NCBI GenBank assembly: GCA_030704615.1
Contig: CM060733.1
Location: 60,512,001 to 60,576,000 of the forward strand
Source of the DNA: Takakia lepidozioides
Lineage: Eukaryota > Plantae > Bryophyta
Reading direction: 5' to 3'
DNA length: 64,000 bases
A program made the translations under genes and the position numbers. Shown here one piece after another: positions 63,459-64,000 of the stretch; positions within the stretch are counted from its first letter, which is position 1; the number at the start of each line of letters is the position of its first letter. The notes under the pieces are model-generated. The model was not told the origin of the DNA. It searched no databases and was given only the letters and a program-made list of their open reading frames with translations.

Positions 63459-64000
63459 AGCCACTTACGGGGATAGAGTTTCCAATGCGAACCATTGGTC
63501 TTTTATTGATAGCATTGTTGTAAAATACATGGACCAACATGGTCAATTTCAAGAATGACATATAGTACGCTTTCATGTTCTATGTAAGCATGCAACTATG
63601 TACCAGTGACGTGGCTTGTTCGCCACTTAACCTATTTGCCCATTCAGCCATCTCCACATTGTCATGGATTTTGCATGCTGGATTGTGAGGTCATCCACAC
63701 CGTCCTCTGGAAATGCTATCATGGGGTTTCAGCTATGTCCACATTTCCCTGGATTATGCCTGCACGAAGCAAGGCCAACTGCATTCAGCACCCTCCACTT
63801 TATTATAGTATTGCAGCAACATTCAAAGCACTTCAATTTGTATCCATCGAAAACATCTAGGCTGGAAAAAGACATCGTTGCAGCAGAACTTAGGAAAGTA
63901 CTTCTCCCCTTCCACTACACACGTGAAATGAAAGAGGCCAACCAACAGCATACCAGCCAAGAAAATATGAAACCAGCCAAGAAAAGAGCCAATATATGCA

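Larger units (their letters stand above)
58440..64000. mobile_element. CACTA (En/Spm) DNA transposon or composite of such elements; left terminus at 58440, right end not seen
   Basis: CACTACAACAG at 58440 followed by ~440 bp rich in (ca)tatgact(ac) subterminal repeats in both orientations; downstream Tnp2-family ORF. Confidence 0.8.

Overview
Eukaryotic land-plant genomic DNA with GT-AG introns; a non-seed plant such as a bryophyte, lycophyte or fern is my inference, not shown. The left half holds four intact multi-exon housekeeping genes: a RING-CH/MARCH-type E3 ligase (+), eIF4A-III (-), bifunctional fucokinase/fucose-1-P guanylyltransferase FKGP (-) and Integrator subunit 3 (+). The right half holds a PLS-class PPR gene with an eroded E/DYW tail, a tandem PPR pseudogene and a transposon graveyard (L1-like LINE, PIF/Tourist MITEs, degenerate Ty3/gypsy pol, and a CACTA element carrying an FCP1/HAD-like ORF). 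One LINE family occurs six times, three copies with clear TSDs; one copy has the structure expected of a twin-priming 5' inversion. The most unusual item is at the far left (326-2248): an intron-containing, decaying gene whose spliced product has the motif order of a bacterial-type beta-class N4C/N6A DNA amino-methyltransferase, in a transposon-like setting. All calls are from reading motifs by eye; no searches were run.
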